Shown: positions 29,869 through 39,620 of the stretch, in pieces | Layout of the letters: the number at the start of each line of letters is the position of its first letter | Position numbering within the stretch: the first letter of the stretch is position 1 | Assembly (NCBI GenBank): GCA_943354905.1 | Contig: CALRDL010000002.1 | Span: 6,478-70,477, forward strand | Direction: 5' to 3' | From: Candidatus Nomurabacteria bacterium | GTDB lineage: Bacteria; Patescibacteriota; Minisyncoccia; Phycocordibacterales; UBA9973 | Length of the DNA stretch: 64,000 bases | Notes under the pieces: model-generated | Seen by the model: the letters and a program-made list of their open reading frames with translations, nothing else | Databases searched by the model: none | What the model was told of the DNA's origin: nothing | Position numbers and translations under genes: made by a program

Positions 29869-31386
29869 ATGACTACACAAAAAGAAATAGAAAAACAAGA
29901 AGAATTAAACAAAGTCCTATGGGATTCAGCAAATTCTTCCCGTAGTCAGCTTAACGCTGCAGATTATATGGGCTATGTTTTACCCATGCTTTTTTTAAAG
30001 TATCTAAGTGATAAATCAAAACAAGCACACGAAGAATACAAAAAACGTTTTGGATCTGATGAAAAGCGTGTTGAAGAAAAAATGAAGCTTGACCGATTCT
30101 TTCTTCCTAAAAAAGCTTCATTTGATTATATCTATTCTATTATAGAGCAAGATAATTTGGGAGAAGAAATAAATAAAGCTCTTGAGCGAATAGAAGATGC
30201 AAACAAAGAAAAGCTTGAGGGTGTATTTAGTGTAGATTTCAATTCTGAGTCATCGCTTGGAAAATTAAATGAAAGAAATAAAATGTTGCGGAACCTTGTT
30301 AATGATTTTGCAAAAATTGACCTCTCAGAAGTGAAAGACGACATTATTGGTAATTCATATATGTATCTTATTGAACGCTTTGGGGCTGACGCAGGAAAAA
30401 AAGCGGGAGAATTTTTCACCGTGAGAAATGTCGCACACTTAGTGGCAAAACTTGCTGAGCCAAAATCGGGAGCTCGTATATGCGACCCTTGTTGCGGATC
30501 CGGCGGGCTACTTTTACTCGCAGGAGAAGAGGTAGAAAAACAAGGTTCAACAAATTATGCTCTCTATGGGCAAGAATCAACAGGTTCCACATATCAGCTT
30601 GCTCGAATGAATATGTTTCTTCATGGAAAAGATTCTGCTCGTCTTGAATGGGGTGATACTTTAAATAATCCTCTGCTTGTAGAAAATGACCACCTTATGA
30701 AGTTTGATAATATCGTAGCGAACCCACCTTTTTCTCTTAAGAAATGGGGTGCTGAACACGCTGATGCAGATAAATATAAAAGATTTTGGAGAGGTGTTCC
30801 ACCAAAAGATAAAGGAGACTTTGCATTTATTACCCACATGATAGAAACAGCCAAGCCAAAGACGGGACGCATTGCTGTTATTGTTCCTCATGGTGTACTT
30901 TTCCGCTCTGGCGCGGAAGGTAAAATCCGTGAGCAATTAATCAAAGAAAATATTATTGATGCTGTTATTGGACTTCCTGCGGGATTATTTCAAACTACTG
31001 GTATCCCTGTCGCTATTCTTGTAATAGATAGGTCAAGAGAAAAAGGTGGAGCAAATGAAAACAAAAAAGATATTTTCTTTATAGAGGCCTCAAAAGAATT
31101 CAAGGCAAACAAAGCTCAAAATATTCTAGCCGAAGAAAATATTGAAAAGATTTATTCCACATACAAGAAAAGAAAAGATGTAGAGAAATTTGCTCGGAGT
31201 GTAAAGTTTTCAGAGCTTGAAGAAAATGATTTTAATTTGAACATCACTCGCTATGTAGATACTTTTATAGAAGAAGAACCAGTGAACATAAAAGCAAACT
31301 TAAAAGAGCTTGCGGAATTAGAACCACAGCTTCAAAAATTGGAAAAACAAATGGTCGCGTATTTAAAGGAATTAGGGGTTAAATAA
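29869..31386 (+). CDS. hsdM: Type I R-M methyltransferase subunit
   Basis: GEFFT, DPCCGSGG, NPPF, PHGVLFR. Confidence 0.96.
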   Translation: MTTQKEIEKQEELNKVLWDSANSSRSQLNAADYMGYVLPMLFLKYLSDKSKQAHEEYKKRFGSDEKRVEEKMKLDRFFLPKKASFDYIYSIIEQDNLGEEINKALERIEDANKEKLEGVFSVDFNSESSLGKLNERNKMLRNLVNDFAKIDLSEVKDDIIGNSYMYLIERFGADAGKKAGEFFTVRNVAHLVAKLAEPKSGARICDPCCGSGGLLLLAGEEVEKQGSTNYALYGQESTGSTYQLARMNMFLHGKDSARLEWGDTLNNPLLVENDHLMKFDNIVANPPFSLKKWGAEHADADKYKRFWRGVPPKDKGDFAFITHMIETAKPKTGRIAVIVPHGVLFRSGAEGKIREQLIKENIIDAVIGLPAGLFQTTGIPVAILVIDRSREKGGANENKKDIFFIEASKEFKANKAQNILAEENIEKIYSTYKKRKDVEKFARSVKFSELEENDFNLNITRYVDTFIEEEPVNIKANLKELAELEPQLQKLEKQMVAYLKELGVK

Positions 31387-31439
31387 AATTATTAATCAAT
31401 TTGTCGATGTCGGCAAATGATAATTAAAAAATTAATTAT

Positions 31440-32261
31440 ATGAAAACATCAATTTTTGAAGAATTAAAAAAGATAAATGAATATGGACAAGAATATTGGA
31501 GTGCTCGAAAGCTTGGGGAAGTTTTGGGATATTCAGAATATCGTTTTTTTATTCCAGTTATAGAGAAAGCAAAAAAAGCGTGTGAAAATAGCGGTTTTTT
31601 GCCACCCGACCATTTCGAGGATGTCCACGGTATGGTTCCCATAGGTTCTGGTGCGGAACGTCAAATTTCTGATACAAACATGTCTAGATATGCTTGTTAC
31701 CTAGTTGTTCAGAGTGCTGATTCTTCAAAAGTGATTGTAGGAAAAGCAAAATCATATTTTGCAATTCAAACCCGTAGACAAGAAACTCAAGACCAACTTT
31801 TAGATGATAGCAAGCGAGTTATGCTTCGTGGTGAAATGACAGAACATAATAAAAAACTTGCGAGTGCTGCAAAATCTGCGGGTGTTTTCAATTATGCTAA
31901 TTTTCAAGATGCTGGATATATAGGACTTTATGGCGGACTTCGTCAAAAAGATATTCATGCTCGAAAAAAATTAAATGAAAAACAAAGTATTCTTGATCAT
32001 ATGGGGAGTGAAGAATTAGCTGCGAATTTATTCCGAGCAACTCAAACAGAAGCAAAACTTCGTCGTGAAAATATTCGTGGTCAAGGATTAGCAAGTACTG
32101 CCCATCAAGAGGTCGGTGCAAAAGTTCGGAAAACTATTATTGAATTGGGTGGCACAATGCCTGAAAACCTGCCAACAGAGGAAAGTATTAGAGAGCCGAA
32201 AAAGAGACTGAAGGCAGTAAATAGAAAATTATTAAAAGGTAGTAAAAAGAAAGATAAATAA
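31440..32261 (+). CDS. dinD: DNA-damage-inducible protein D family
   Basis: EYWSAR.L, SRYACYL, YFAIQTRRQE, ELAANLFR, GGTMPE. Confidence 0.9.
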   Translation: MKTSIFEELKKINEYGQEYWSARKLGEVLGYSEYRFFIPVIEKAKKACENSGFLPPDHFEDVHGMVPIGSGAERQISDTNMSRYACYLVVQSADSSKVIVGKAKSYFAIQTRRQETQDQLLDDSKRVMLRGEMTEHNKKLASAAKSAGVFNYANFQDAGYIGLYGGLRQKDIHARKKLNEKQSILDHMGSEELAANLFRATQTEAKLRRENIRGQGLASTAHQEVGAKVRKTIIELGGTMPENLPTEESIREPKKRLKAVNRKLLKGSKKKDK

Positions 32262-32342
32262 ATTATCCACAACCATATCGTCCCATACGGACAAAATGGT
32301 CAAAACAGTCGAATTTAAAAGAATTAAGGGTTAAATAAATAT

Positions 32343-32972
32343 ATGAAACAAGAATATACACCACCAGCATATAAAGAAACAGCATTTAATTGTCCATTTT
32401 GTAATGCTTACGCTAATCAATTTTGGGATAGTCTCGCTAAGGTTGAACGTGCAAAATGGCATTATAGTGATGTTGATGGATGTGTGTGTACTCGTTGTGG
32501 TCATGAATCAATTTGGTTTAAAAATATAATGGTCTATCCTTCTTTTGAAGGAGTTCAGCCCCCAAATCAGGATTTAAGCGAAGATATTCAATTTGATTAT
32601 CAGGAAGCGGCATCGATACTTCAAAAATCGCCTCGTGGAGCGGCGGCTCTCCTTCGTCTTGCTATTCAAAAGTTATGTAAAGAGTTCGGAGAAGAAGGAA
32701 AAAACATTAACACTGACATAAAAAATCTTGTTGCAAAAGGTTTACCATCAGCCGTTCAAAAATCCCTTGATATTGTCCGAGTTATTGGAAACGACGCTGT
32801 TCACCCTGGGCAAATAGATATTAGTGATGATATCGAAACAGCAAAAGCATTATTTAAACTTGTTAATTTAATTGCTGAAAAAATAATAACAGAGAAAAAA
32901 GAGGTCGAAGAAATTTATAATAGTTTGCCTGAATCAAAGCGACAAGAAATTGAAAAGCGTGATTCTAAATAA
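32343..32972 (+). CDS. DUF4145 (HEPN-like) protein with zinc ribbon
   Basis: CPFC/CTRC, SPRGAAALLRL, RVIGNDAVH (Rx4-6H). Confidence 0.85.
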   Translation: MKQEYTPPAYKETAFNCPFCNAYANQFWDSLAKVERAKWHYSDVDGCVCTRCGHESIWFKNIMVYPSFEGVQPPNQDLSEDIQFDYQEAASILQKSPRGAAALLRLAIQKLCKEFGEEGKNINTDIKNLVAKGLPSAVQKSLDIVRVIGNDAVHPGQIDISDDIETAKALFKLVNLIAEKIITEKKEVEEIYNSLPESKRQEIEKRDSK

Positions 32973-32976
32973 AAAT

Positions 32977-33789
32977 ATGAACACTTTAAAAGAAAGATGG
33001 AGAATGTTTGGTAGTGTGGCTCTTGGTCCTGGGGCAATAATCTTTTCTTTGCTCACTGTAGGAAGTTTAATTGTTGCGTATATTTTTAACACCAACCTAC
33101 TGTTCTCTACACTCCTGACTATTCTTGCCAGTTTTTTTGCAAGTTTTGCCGGTAGTTTTATAAAAGACGACTATGACAAGATAGCAGGCCAAAATGTCTT
33201 GGAGAAAAAAGGTAGATCTGCTCTTCGTACCTTAGAATCATTAAATCGCCAAGTAAAAAGGATTTGTTCTTATGTTAGAGAAGAAATAGATAATAATAAA
33301 AAACCAAATCAGCATTTTTTGGTAGAAATAAATAGGCATATGTTTTCCATGGAAGACAGTATCGCTTCTAGTGTTGAAGATTGGGTGGATGTTATTCCCG
33401 AACTTGCTCAAACTATGGAAGAAATAAGAAAAATTAATAAGTTGTCTTTTGAAATTGAAGACTTAAAACAGAAAGAGCAAGAACACCAGAAAAATGAAGA
33501 AGATGGTGCTAAAAAAGAGGGTGAGTTAAGAAAAATAATTGAAGAGAAAGAATCGAGCTTAAGAGAATTACGACAAAAAAGAAGCATGTCAAATAATACT
33601 GTACTATTTAATCCTTCTATTATTTCTAACGGTGGGTCACCGTTTGCTTATCCAAACCAAGTTTTTCTTTCGTCTCCTTGTGCTAATTGCGGAAATCCAA
33701 TTGATCTCAGTTCTCCAATTTTGAGACTAAATTCAAGTCTTTGCCATAACTGTCAGGGCGCTGGAGGGCTTTATGCTAGAGCTTCATAA
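32977..33789 (+). CDS. 2-TM coiled-coil protein with C-terminal CxxC..CxxC
   Basis: Two TM helices, coiled coil, CANC/CHNC. Confidence 0.65.
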   Translation: MNTLKERWRMFGSVALGPGAIIFSLLTVGSLIVAYIFNTNLLFSTLLTILASFFASFAGSFIKDDYDKIAGQNVLEKKGRSALRTLESLNRQVKRICSYVREEIDNNKKPNQHFLVEINRHMFSMEDSIASSVEDWVDVIPELAQTMEEIRKINKLSFEIEDLKQKEQEHQKNEEDGAKKEGELRKIIEEKESSLRELRQKRSMSNNTVLFNPSIISNGGSPFAYPNQVFLSSPCANCGNPIDLSSPILRLNSSLCHNCQGAGGLYARAS

Positions 33790-33796
33790 AAGTAAA

Positions 33797-35050
33797 ATGA
33801 AACCTAACCAATCACAAAAAAATATTTCAAAAGAATGGCAAACAAGAAAACTAGACAGTATGTTTACCGTGCGTCGAGGTGGGTCACCAAGACCAATTGA
33901 AAGTTATATTACAAATAGAGCTGATGGGTTAAACTGGCTTAAAATTGGCGATATTGACGTTGGTGCAAAATATATTACGAAAACTAGTAGTAAAATCTTA
34001 AAAGAAGGATTATCTAGAACAACACTGGTCAAAAAAGGAGATTTTATACTTTCTAATTCCATGAGTTTTGGAAGACCATATATTATGGGTATAGATTCGT
34101 GTATTCACGACGGCTGGCTAACTTTTCAAGATATTAAAACTAATATTTTAGATCGTGATTTTTTATATTATCTACTTTCACAATCAAAAACCCAAGCAAT
34201 ATTTACATCAATTTCTGCTGGTTCTGGTGTTCAAAATTTAAAAAAAGAAACTGTTTCTGGTGTTGTATTATCAATTCCTCCTCTCCCTGAGCAAAACCGC
34301 ATCGTTGCAGTGCTTGAAACTTGGGACAAGGCGATTGAAAATTTAAATAAGAAAATTGAAATTAAAAAACAAATTAAAAAAGGTTTGATGCAGGATTTGT
34401 TGACTGGCAAAAAAAGATTAAGTGGATTTAAAGAAAAATGGGAAACAAAAACATTGGGAGATGTTTCTGATTTCATTAATGGCTATACCTTTAAAAGTGG
34501 AAATTATGTTGATGGAGGAAAGTATAAAATTATAACGATTGCTAATGTTCAAGATGGATTTATGTTTATTGACGAACCTAAAACCATTAATGAATTACCG
34601 GAAAATATAGGTAAGGAACAAATTTTAAAAAAGGGAGATATTTTAATATCTATGACGGGGAATGTTGGAAGAGTTTGTGTGGTCAATAGTGATAACTGTC
34701 TACTAAATCAAAGAGTTGGCAAAATTATGACTAAAGATATTAATAAGGAATTACTGTATTTATTTTTATACGATAGAAGGTTTCTATATCAAATGATTGG
34801 AAGTGCACAGGGTGGAGCACAAGCAAATTTATCAACCGAAGATATAAAAGAATATATTTTTGATCTTCCTAAAACAAAAGAAGAACAAAATGCTGTTGCT
34901 GAAATTTTAACTACTGCTGATAAGGAAATTACAGAGCTAGAAAAGAAATTATCAATTATAAAAGATCAGAAGAAGTTTTTATTAAACAATTTAATCACTG
35001 GGGCGATTCGAACTCCGGTGAATATGCAGTTGTACGGAAAAATCGTATAA
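33797..35050 (+). CDS. hsdS: Type I R-M specificity subunit
   Basis: Two TRDs, PPLPEQ.RI, KKGLMQDLLTG. Confidence 0.95.
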   Translation: MKPNQSQKNISKEWQTRKLDSMFTVRRGGSPRPIESYITNRADGLNWLKIGDIDVGAKYITKTSSKILKEGLSRTTLVKKGDFILSNSMSFGRPYIMGIDSCIHDGWLTFQDIKTNILDRDFLYYLLSQSKTQAIFTSISAGSGVQNLKKETVSGVVLSIPPLPEQNRIVAVLETWDKAIENLNKKIEIKKQIKKGLMQDLLTGKKRLSGFKEKWETKTLGDVSDFINGYTFKSGNYVDGGKYKIITIANVQDGFMFIDEPKTINELPENIGKEQILKKGDILISMTGNVGRVCVVNSDNCLLNQRVGKIMTKDINKELLYLFLYDRRFLYQMIGSAQGGAQANLSTEDIKEYIFDLPKTKEEQNAVAEILTTADKEITELEKKLSIIKDQKKFLLNNLITGAIRTPVNMQLYGKIV

Positions 35051-35104
35051 CTGAAACATTATCAATTAAAGTTTAATTATGGCGAATATGCCACAAATAG
35101 AAAT

Positions 35105-35287
35105 ATGAAAAAGAAACAAACACAAGAAAAGAAAACGACTCCAAAAGAAGAAGAGTGGATGAAGCTATTTAGTGAGGTTACTGGAGCAGTGTTTGTTGAT
35201 GTAACACCAGAGAAATTATCACAAAGAAATTTTAAAGGAGTAAGGGTGTTAAATGGTCGTGTTGTAAATAAAAAGAAATTAAAATAA
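35105..35287 (+). CDS. Small hypothetical protein
   Basis: Fills gap between hsdS and hsdR on the same strand. Confidence 0.45.
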   Translation: MKKKQTQEKKTTPKEEEWMKLFSEVTGAVFVDVTPEKLSQRNFKGVRVLNGRVVNKKKLK

Positions 35288-35288
35288 T

Positions 35289-38200
35289 ATGTTAGAAAAA
35301 GTAAATTTTGATGAGGCAAAGCAGTCGCAACTTCCATTCATAGAGTTGTTATTTAATATGGGCTATAAGTATATTTCGACAGATGAAGCCCTACGACAAC
35401 GTGGTGGTGATACAACAAACTTTATACTTTCTGATATTGCTGTGAAAAAATTGATGGAAATAAACGGCTATGAGGTTGATGAGGTTAAATATAAATTCAG
35501 TGAGAAAGATGTACGAGATGTGATAGACGAAATAGAGCATATTCAATATGAAGGGCTTATTGATACGGCGCAAAATATTTACAATATGATTATGCCGACT
35601 TCTGGAGGCAAGACTATCAAAGTAAGCCATGATGGCAAGCCGATTTCTAAAAACTTTAGATTTATAGATTTCAAAAATATTGAAAATAATAATTTTCATG
35701 TTACGGCTGAATTTACAGCTAGTGGAAAGCAAAATATCCGTCCTGATATTGTTTGTTTTATAAATGGTATTCCTTTTGCAATTATTGAGAATAAGAAAAA
35801 AAGTGTTTCTATCAAAGAAGCTATTGGGGATTTGATAAAAAAGCAAAGTCCTGAATATTGCCCTAAATTATATACTTATGCTCAACTTCTAGTGGCGACA
35901 AATGCTAGTGAATTACAATATGGAACGACTGGGACGTTAAATAAATTTTTTGCTGTTTGGAAAGAGAAAGGAAAAGATATAAAAGAAATAGACGCTCATA
36001 TCAAAGAAATAATGTCTAAACCTATTGATAAAGAAGTCTATTCTCAGATACTCACAGATCTTAATGGGTGGACAAAAGGACATACACAAAAGATAGATAG
36101 GGTTATTACGGGTCAAGACAGAGGTATTGTTTCATTATTTGAGCCGGAAAGACTTTTAGATTTAACTAAAAATCATATTCTTTTTGACGCAGGAGTAAAG
36201 AAAATTTCCCGCTATCAACAATATTTTGCTATTCGTAAGATGTTGAAGAGAATTGAGGAAGAGGAAATTGTAAATGAAGATACTACTCGCCGAAAGGGCG
36301 GGCTTGTTTGGCATACTCAAGGTTCTGGTAAATCTCTCACTATGGTTATGTTTGTGAAAGCTCTTATTGAAGACCCTAAGATTATTAATCCGAGAGTTAT
36401 TATTGTCACAGACAGACGCGACCTTGATAGACAAATTAGAGATACTTTCAAAAATTGTAATTTAAAAAAGGAAGTAGTGCAGGCTACAAGCGGGCAACAT
36501 TTACTCAATTTAATTAAAGAAAAGAATTTAGGCGTTATTACTACAATTATTGATAAATTTGAATCAGCAAGTAAAAAATATGCTAATTTTGTAGATAAAG
36601 ATAATAATATTTTTGTTTTAATTGACGAAGCTCACAGAAGTCAAAGTGGTATGGCAAATTTTGAAATGAATAGGATTATTCCCAATGCTTGTTATATAGG
36701 ATTTACGGGAACACCTTTAATGAGAAGTGAGGGAGAAAGCTGGAGAAAATTTGGCGGATATATTGATAAATATACGATAGATGATGCTCTTGCTGATAAA
36801 ATCATTCTACCTCTTATTTACGAGGGACGATATATAAATTTAGAACAAAATAAAACACAAATAGATAAACATATTGATCGTGTGTCAGAAGATATGAGCA
36901 GGAAATACAATGAAAATACAGTAAGTAATGAGCATAAAATAAAACTCCAAAAGCAAATTACAGCTGATATTCTAAAAAATAATCCACAAAGAATAGAAGA
37001 AATTGCTAGAGACATAGAAAAACACTTCACAGAACATTTCAAAGACACAGGACTCAAAGCTCAAATTGTTGCCCCATCAAAATATTCAGCTATCTTATTC
37101 CAAAACTTTTTTGAAAAGCGCGGAAATATAAATACTGCTGTGGTTATTTCTGACGAGCATGATGACGGCGATGAAGATAATACTCACAAAATAGAAGTAG
37201 TGAAGTATTTAGACAAAATTCGCAAAAATCACAGCAGTATTACGAAATACGAAAAAGATGTTATTGAAAGCTTCAAACATGGCGAAGGTGGAGTTGAAAT
37301 AATCATTGTGGTAGATAAACTCTTGACGGGCTTTGATGCTCCGAGAAATACTGTCTTATATCTTTCTAAAGATCTACATGACCACGGACTACTTCAAGCA
37401 ATTGCTCGTGTAAATAGACTTTTTGAAAATAATAAACTACCAAAGACGGCTGGATATATTATTGATTATTCAGAAAATGCTAAAAACATAGATACAGCTA
37501 TGAAGCTTTTCGGTAACTATGACGAAAATGATGTTAAAGGAACACTGATTGATGTATCAGAGAAAATAAATGAATTAGAACAGAGTTATGGTTTAATTCA
37601 TGACTTATTTAATGAAATAAAAAATTCGTCTGACGACGAAGTTTATTTGCAATTTCTTAAGGATGAAGCAAAAAGAGAAATGTTTTATAAAAGCTTAAAT
37701 GATTTTATAAGAAACTTAAATGAATGTTTTATTTTACAGGATTTTGTTCATGAATTCAAAGATAAGATAGGAATGTATAAAAAAGATTTAAAGAAATTTA
37801 TGGAAATCCGAAAATCAGCCAGTCTTCTTTATAGAGAAAGGGTGGATTTGTCAGAATATAAACAGTCATTGATTAAAATTCTTGATAAATATGTTGACGC
37901 CAAAGGAGTTGAATTGCTCACAAAACAAGTAAATATTACAGACAGGGAGCAATTTAAAGAAGCTGTTGAAAATCTTGGTTCTAATAAATCAAAAGCGGAA
38001 GCGATAGCCTCTCAAACACAAAGAACTATTAGCGAACAAATGTATAAAGATCCAGAATTTTTTGAAAGATTTTCAAAGAAGATAGAGGAAATCATAGAAA
38101 AAATGAGGTTGGGAAAATTAGCGGATATTGAAGCCCTAAAGCAAATGAGACTCATTAGTGACGATGTGCTCAATAAAAAAGGAGATGACTTGCCAAAGGA

Positions 38201-38507
38201 GATAAAAGGGCTAAATGGCTCAGATGTCTTTTATCGTAATTTAAAGGTCCAATTTGAGGGTTTAGGGGTCAATAATGGGGTATATGTCTCAATTGTCCTA
38301 GATATTTTCTCTATACTTAAACAGGGAGCAATAATTGACTGGCAGAAAAATATGGATGTTAAAAGAAAAATTAGAAACACAATTGATGACTATTTATATG
38401 ATGTAGTAAAAGGAGAAAAAGGAATAGATATTGATAGTGATTTTATTAAATCAATTATTGATACCATTATGCTTTTAGCTGAAAATAACTTTGAACTATT
38501 TTTATAA
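35289..38507 (+). CDS. hsdR: Type I R-M restriction subunit
   Basis: PD..ENK nuclease, HTQGSGKS, DEAH, FTGTP, TGFDAP, QAIARVNR. Confidence 0.97.
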   Translation: MLEKVNFDEAKQSQLPFIELLFNMGYKYISTDEALRQRGGDTTNFILSDIAVKKLMEINGYEVDEVKYKFSEKDVRDVIDEIEHIQYEGLIDTAQNIYNMIMPTSGGKTIKVSHDGKPISKNFRFIDFKNIENNNFHVTAEFTASGKQNIRPDIVCFINGIPFAIIENKKKSVSIKEAIGDLIKKQSPEYCPKLYTYAQLLVATNASELQYGTTGTLNKFFAVWKEKGKDIKEIDAHIKEIMSKPIDKEVYSQILTDLNGWTKGHTQKIDRVITGQDRGIVSLFEPERLLDLTKNHILFDAGVKKISRYQQYFAIRKMLKRIEEEEIVNEDTTRRKGGLVWHTQGSGKSLTMVMFVKALIEDPKIINPRVIIVTDRRDLDRQIRDTFKNCNLKKEVVQATSGQHLLNLIKEKNLGVITTIIDKFESASKKYANFVDKDNNIFVLIDEAHRSQSGMANFEMNRIIPNACYIGFTGTPLMRSEGESWRKFGGYIDKYTIDDALADKIILPLIYEGRYINLEQNKTQIDKHIDRVSEDMSRKYNENTVSNEHKIKLQKQITADILKNNPQRIEEIARDIEKHFTEHFKDTGLKAQIVAPSKYSAILFQNFFEKRGNINTAVVISDEHDDGDEDNTHKIEVVKYLDKIRKNHSSITKYEKDVIESFKHGEGGVEIIIVVDKLLTGFDAPRNTVLYLSKDLHDHGLLQAIARVNRLFENNKLPKTAGYIIDYSENAKNIDTAMKLFGNYDENDVKGTLIDVSEKINELEQSYGLIHDLFNEIKNSSDDEVYLQFLKDEAKREMFYKSLNDFIRNLNECFILQDFVHEFKDKIGMYKKDLKKFMEIRKSASLLYRERVDLSEYKQSLIKILDKYVDAKGVELLTKQVNITDREQFKEAVENLGSNKSKAEAIASQTQRTISEQMYKDPEFFERFSKKIEEIIEKMRLGKLADIEALKQMRLISDDVLNKKGDDLPKEIKGLNGSDVFYRNLKVQFEGLGVNNGVYVSIVLDIFSILKQGAIIDWQKNMDVKRKIRNTIDDYLYDVVKGEKGIDIDSDFIKSIIDTIMLLAENNFELFL

Positions 38508-38508
38508 T

Positions 38509-39213
38509 ATGAAAAAATTTGTCTTTGGAACATTCATATATGAATATCATCTTATCAAACAAGATAGAAAAACTCTTTCTTTGACAGTTGTTCCCGATTT
38601 AAAAATCATTCTTAAATGTCCGCATAATGCTGATGATAAGAGGATAGAGGAATTTTTGAAAAGAAAATGGTTTTGGCTAGAAAAACAACTTTCCTTTTTC
38701 AAGAAATATCAAAGAAATATTTACCAAAAAGAATATATTTCTGGCGAGGGATATTTATATCTTGGCAGACAATACAAACTTGTCGTTAAACACGGCAAGG
38801 AAGATCTGGTCACCCTTACAAAAGGCAAACTAATGGTGTCTTCGACTAAATTAGTATCAAATGGCAATTACAATAAAAAATTGATTGATATTTGGTTTTT
38901 AGAAAAAATGCAGAAAATCTTTCAAGAAAGATTTTCTGCTATGTTGGATAAATTTGATTACAAAAATAATCCAGTTTTGAAAATACGAGAAATGAAAAAA
39001 CGCTGGGGTAGTTTTTTGAATAAAGACAAAATTTTTCTCAATCCCAAGCTCATTAGTACACCAAAAGAATGTATTGATTACGTAATAGTTCATGAGCTTT
39101 GTCATCTAAAATACAAAAATCATGACAAAAGGTTTTTTGAGTTGTTCAATAAAAAATTTCCAAAATGGGAAAAAGTTAAAGATAAATTAGAAATTTTAGG
39201 AGTAGGTATTTAA
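38509..39213 (+). CDS. YgjP/M48-like (DUF45) metalloprotease
   Basis: KKRWGS, DYVIVHELCH; usual partner of hsdR. Confidence 0.9.
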   Translation: MKKFVFGTFIYEYHLIKQDRKTLSLTVVPDLKIILKCPHNADDKRIEEFLKRKWFWLEKQLSFFKKYQRNIYQKEYISGEGYLYLGRQYKLVVKHGKEDLVTLTKGKLMVSSTKLVSNGNYNKKLIDIWFLEKMQKIFQERFSAMLDKFDYKNNPVLKIREMKKRWGSFLNKDKIFLNPKLISTPKECIDYVIVHELCHLKYKNHDKRFFELFNKKFPKWEKVKDKLEILGVGI

Positions 39214-39217
39214 TTGA

Positions 39218-39291
39218 AGCCCACCCTCGCCCCATCGCCCATACCAAAAAAAAGAATTCCCCCCCCGCCAAACTAAAATAGAATGGAAATG
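39218..39291. repeat. Right arm of inverted repeat flanking R-M cargo
   Basis: Reverse-complement similarity to 27327-27398. Confidence 0.75.
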
Positions 39292-39451
39292 CGATGGAGT
39301 GAGGGCAGACGACGAGCTTAAGCTCGTCGTGGCGGAATTGTTAGCGTTACCACATTAGTAGAGCGTGAAAAATAGTTTAGAAAAATAATAGTCGTAGAGC
39401 GTGAGATTAAGTATTTTGCTGGAAAAAAGTTCGTGCAAAGGTTAGGATTAC

Positions 39452-39593
39452 TCCGCAAATTGAAACTTCCTCGGCAGAAAGCGAAAAAAGCGGGCGCGCC
39501 AAAGGCGCGGTATGAAGTGATGAAATGAAATCCGCCTTGCGGGTGCAGGTGAAAATGGAGGGCGGGCAGAAAAAGAAATGAGATTGAAATAGT
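39452..39593 (-). repeat. Inverted copy of recombinase 3' end (partner 41016-41150)
   Basis: Identical by eye over 135 bp apart from a 7-nt insertion; extra 15-bp match 39601-39615 to 40912-40926. Confidence 0.95.
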
Positions 39594-39620
39594 ATTATCA
39601 GTTTTGAATCCAAAAGCAAT

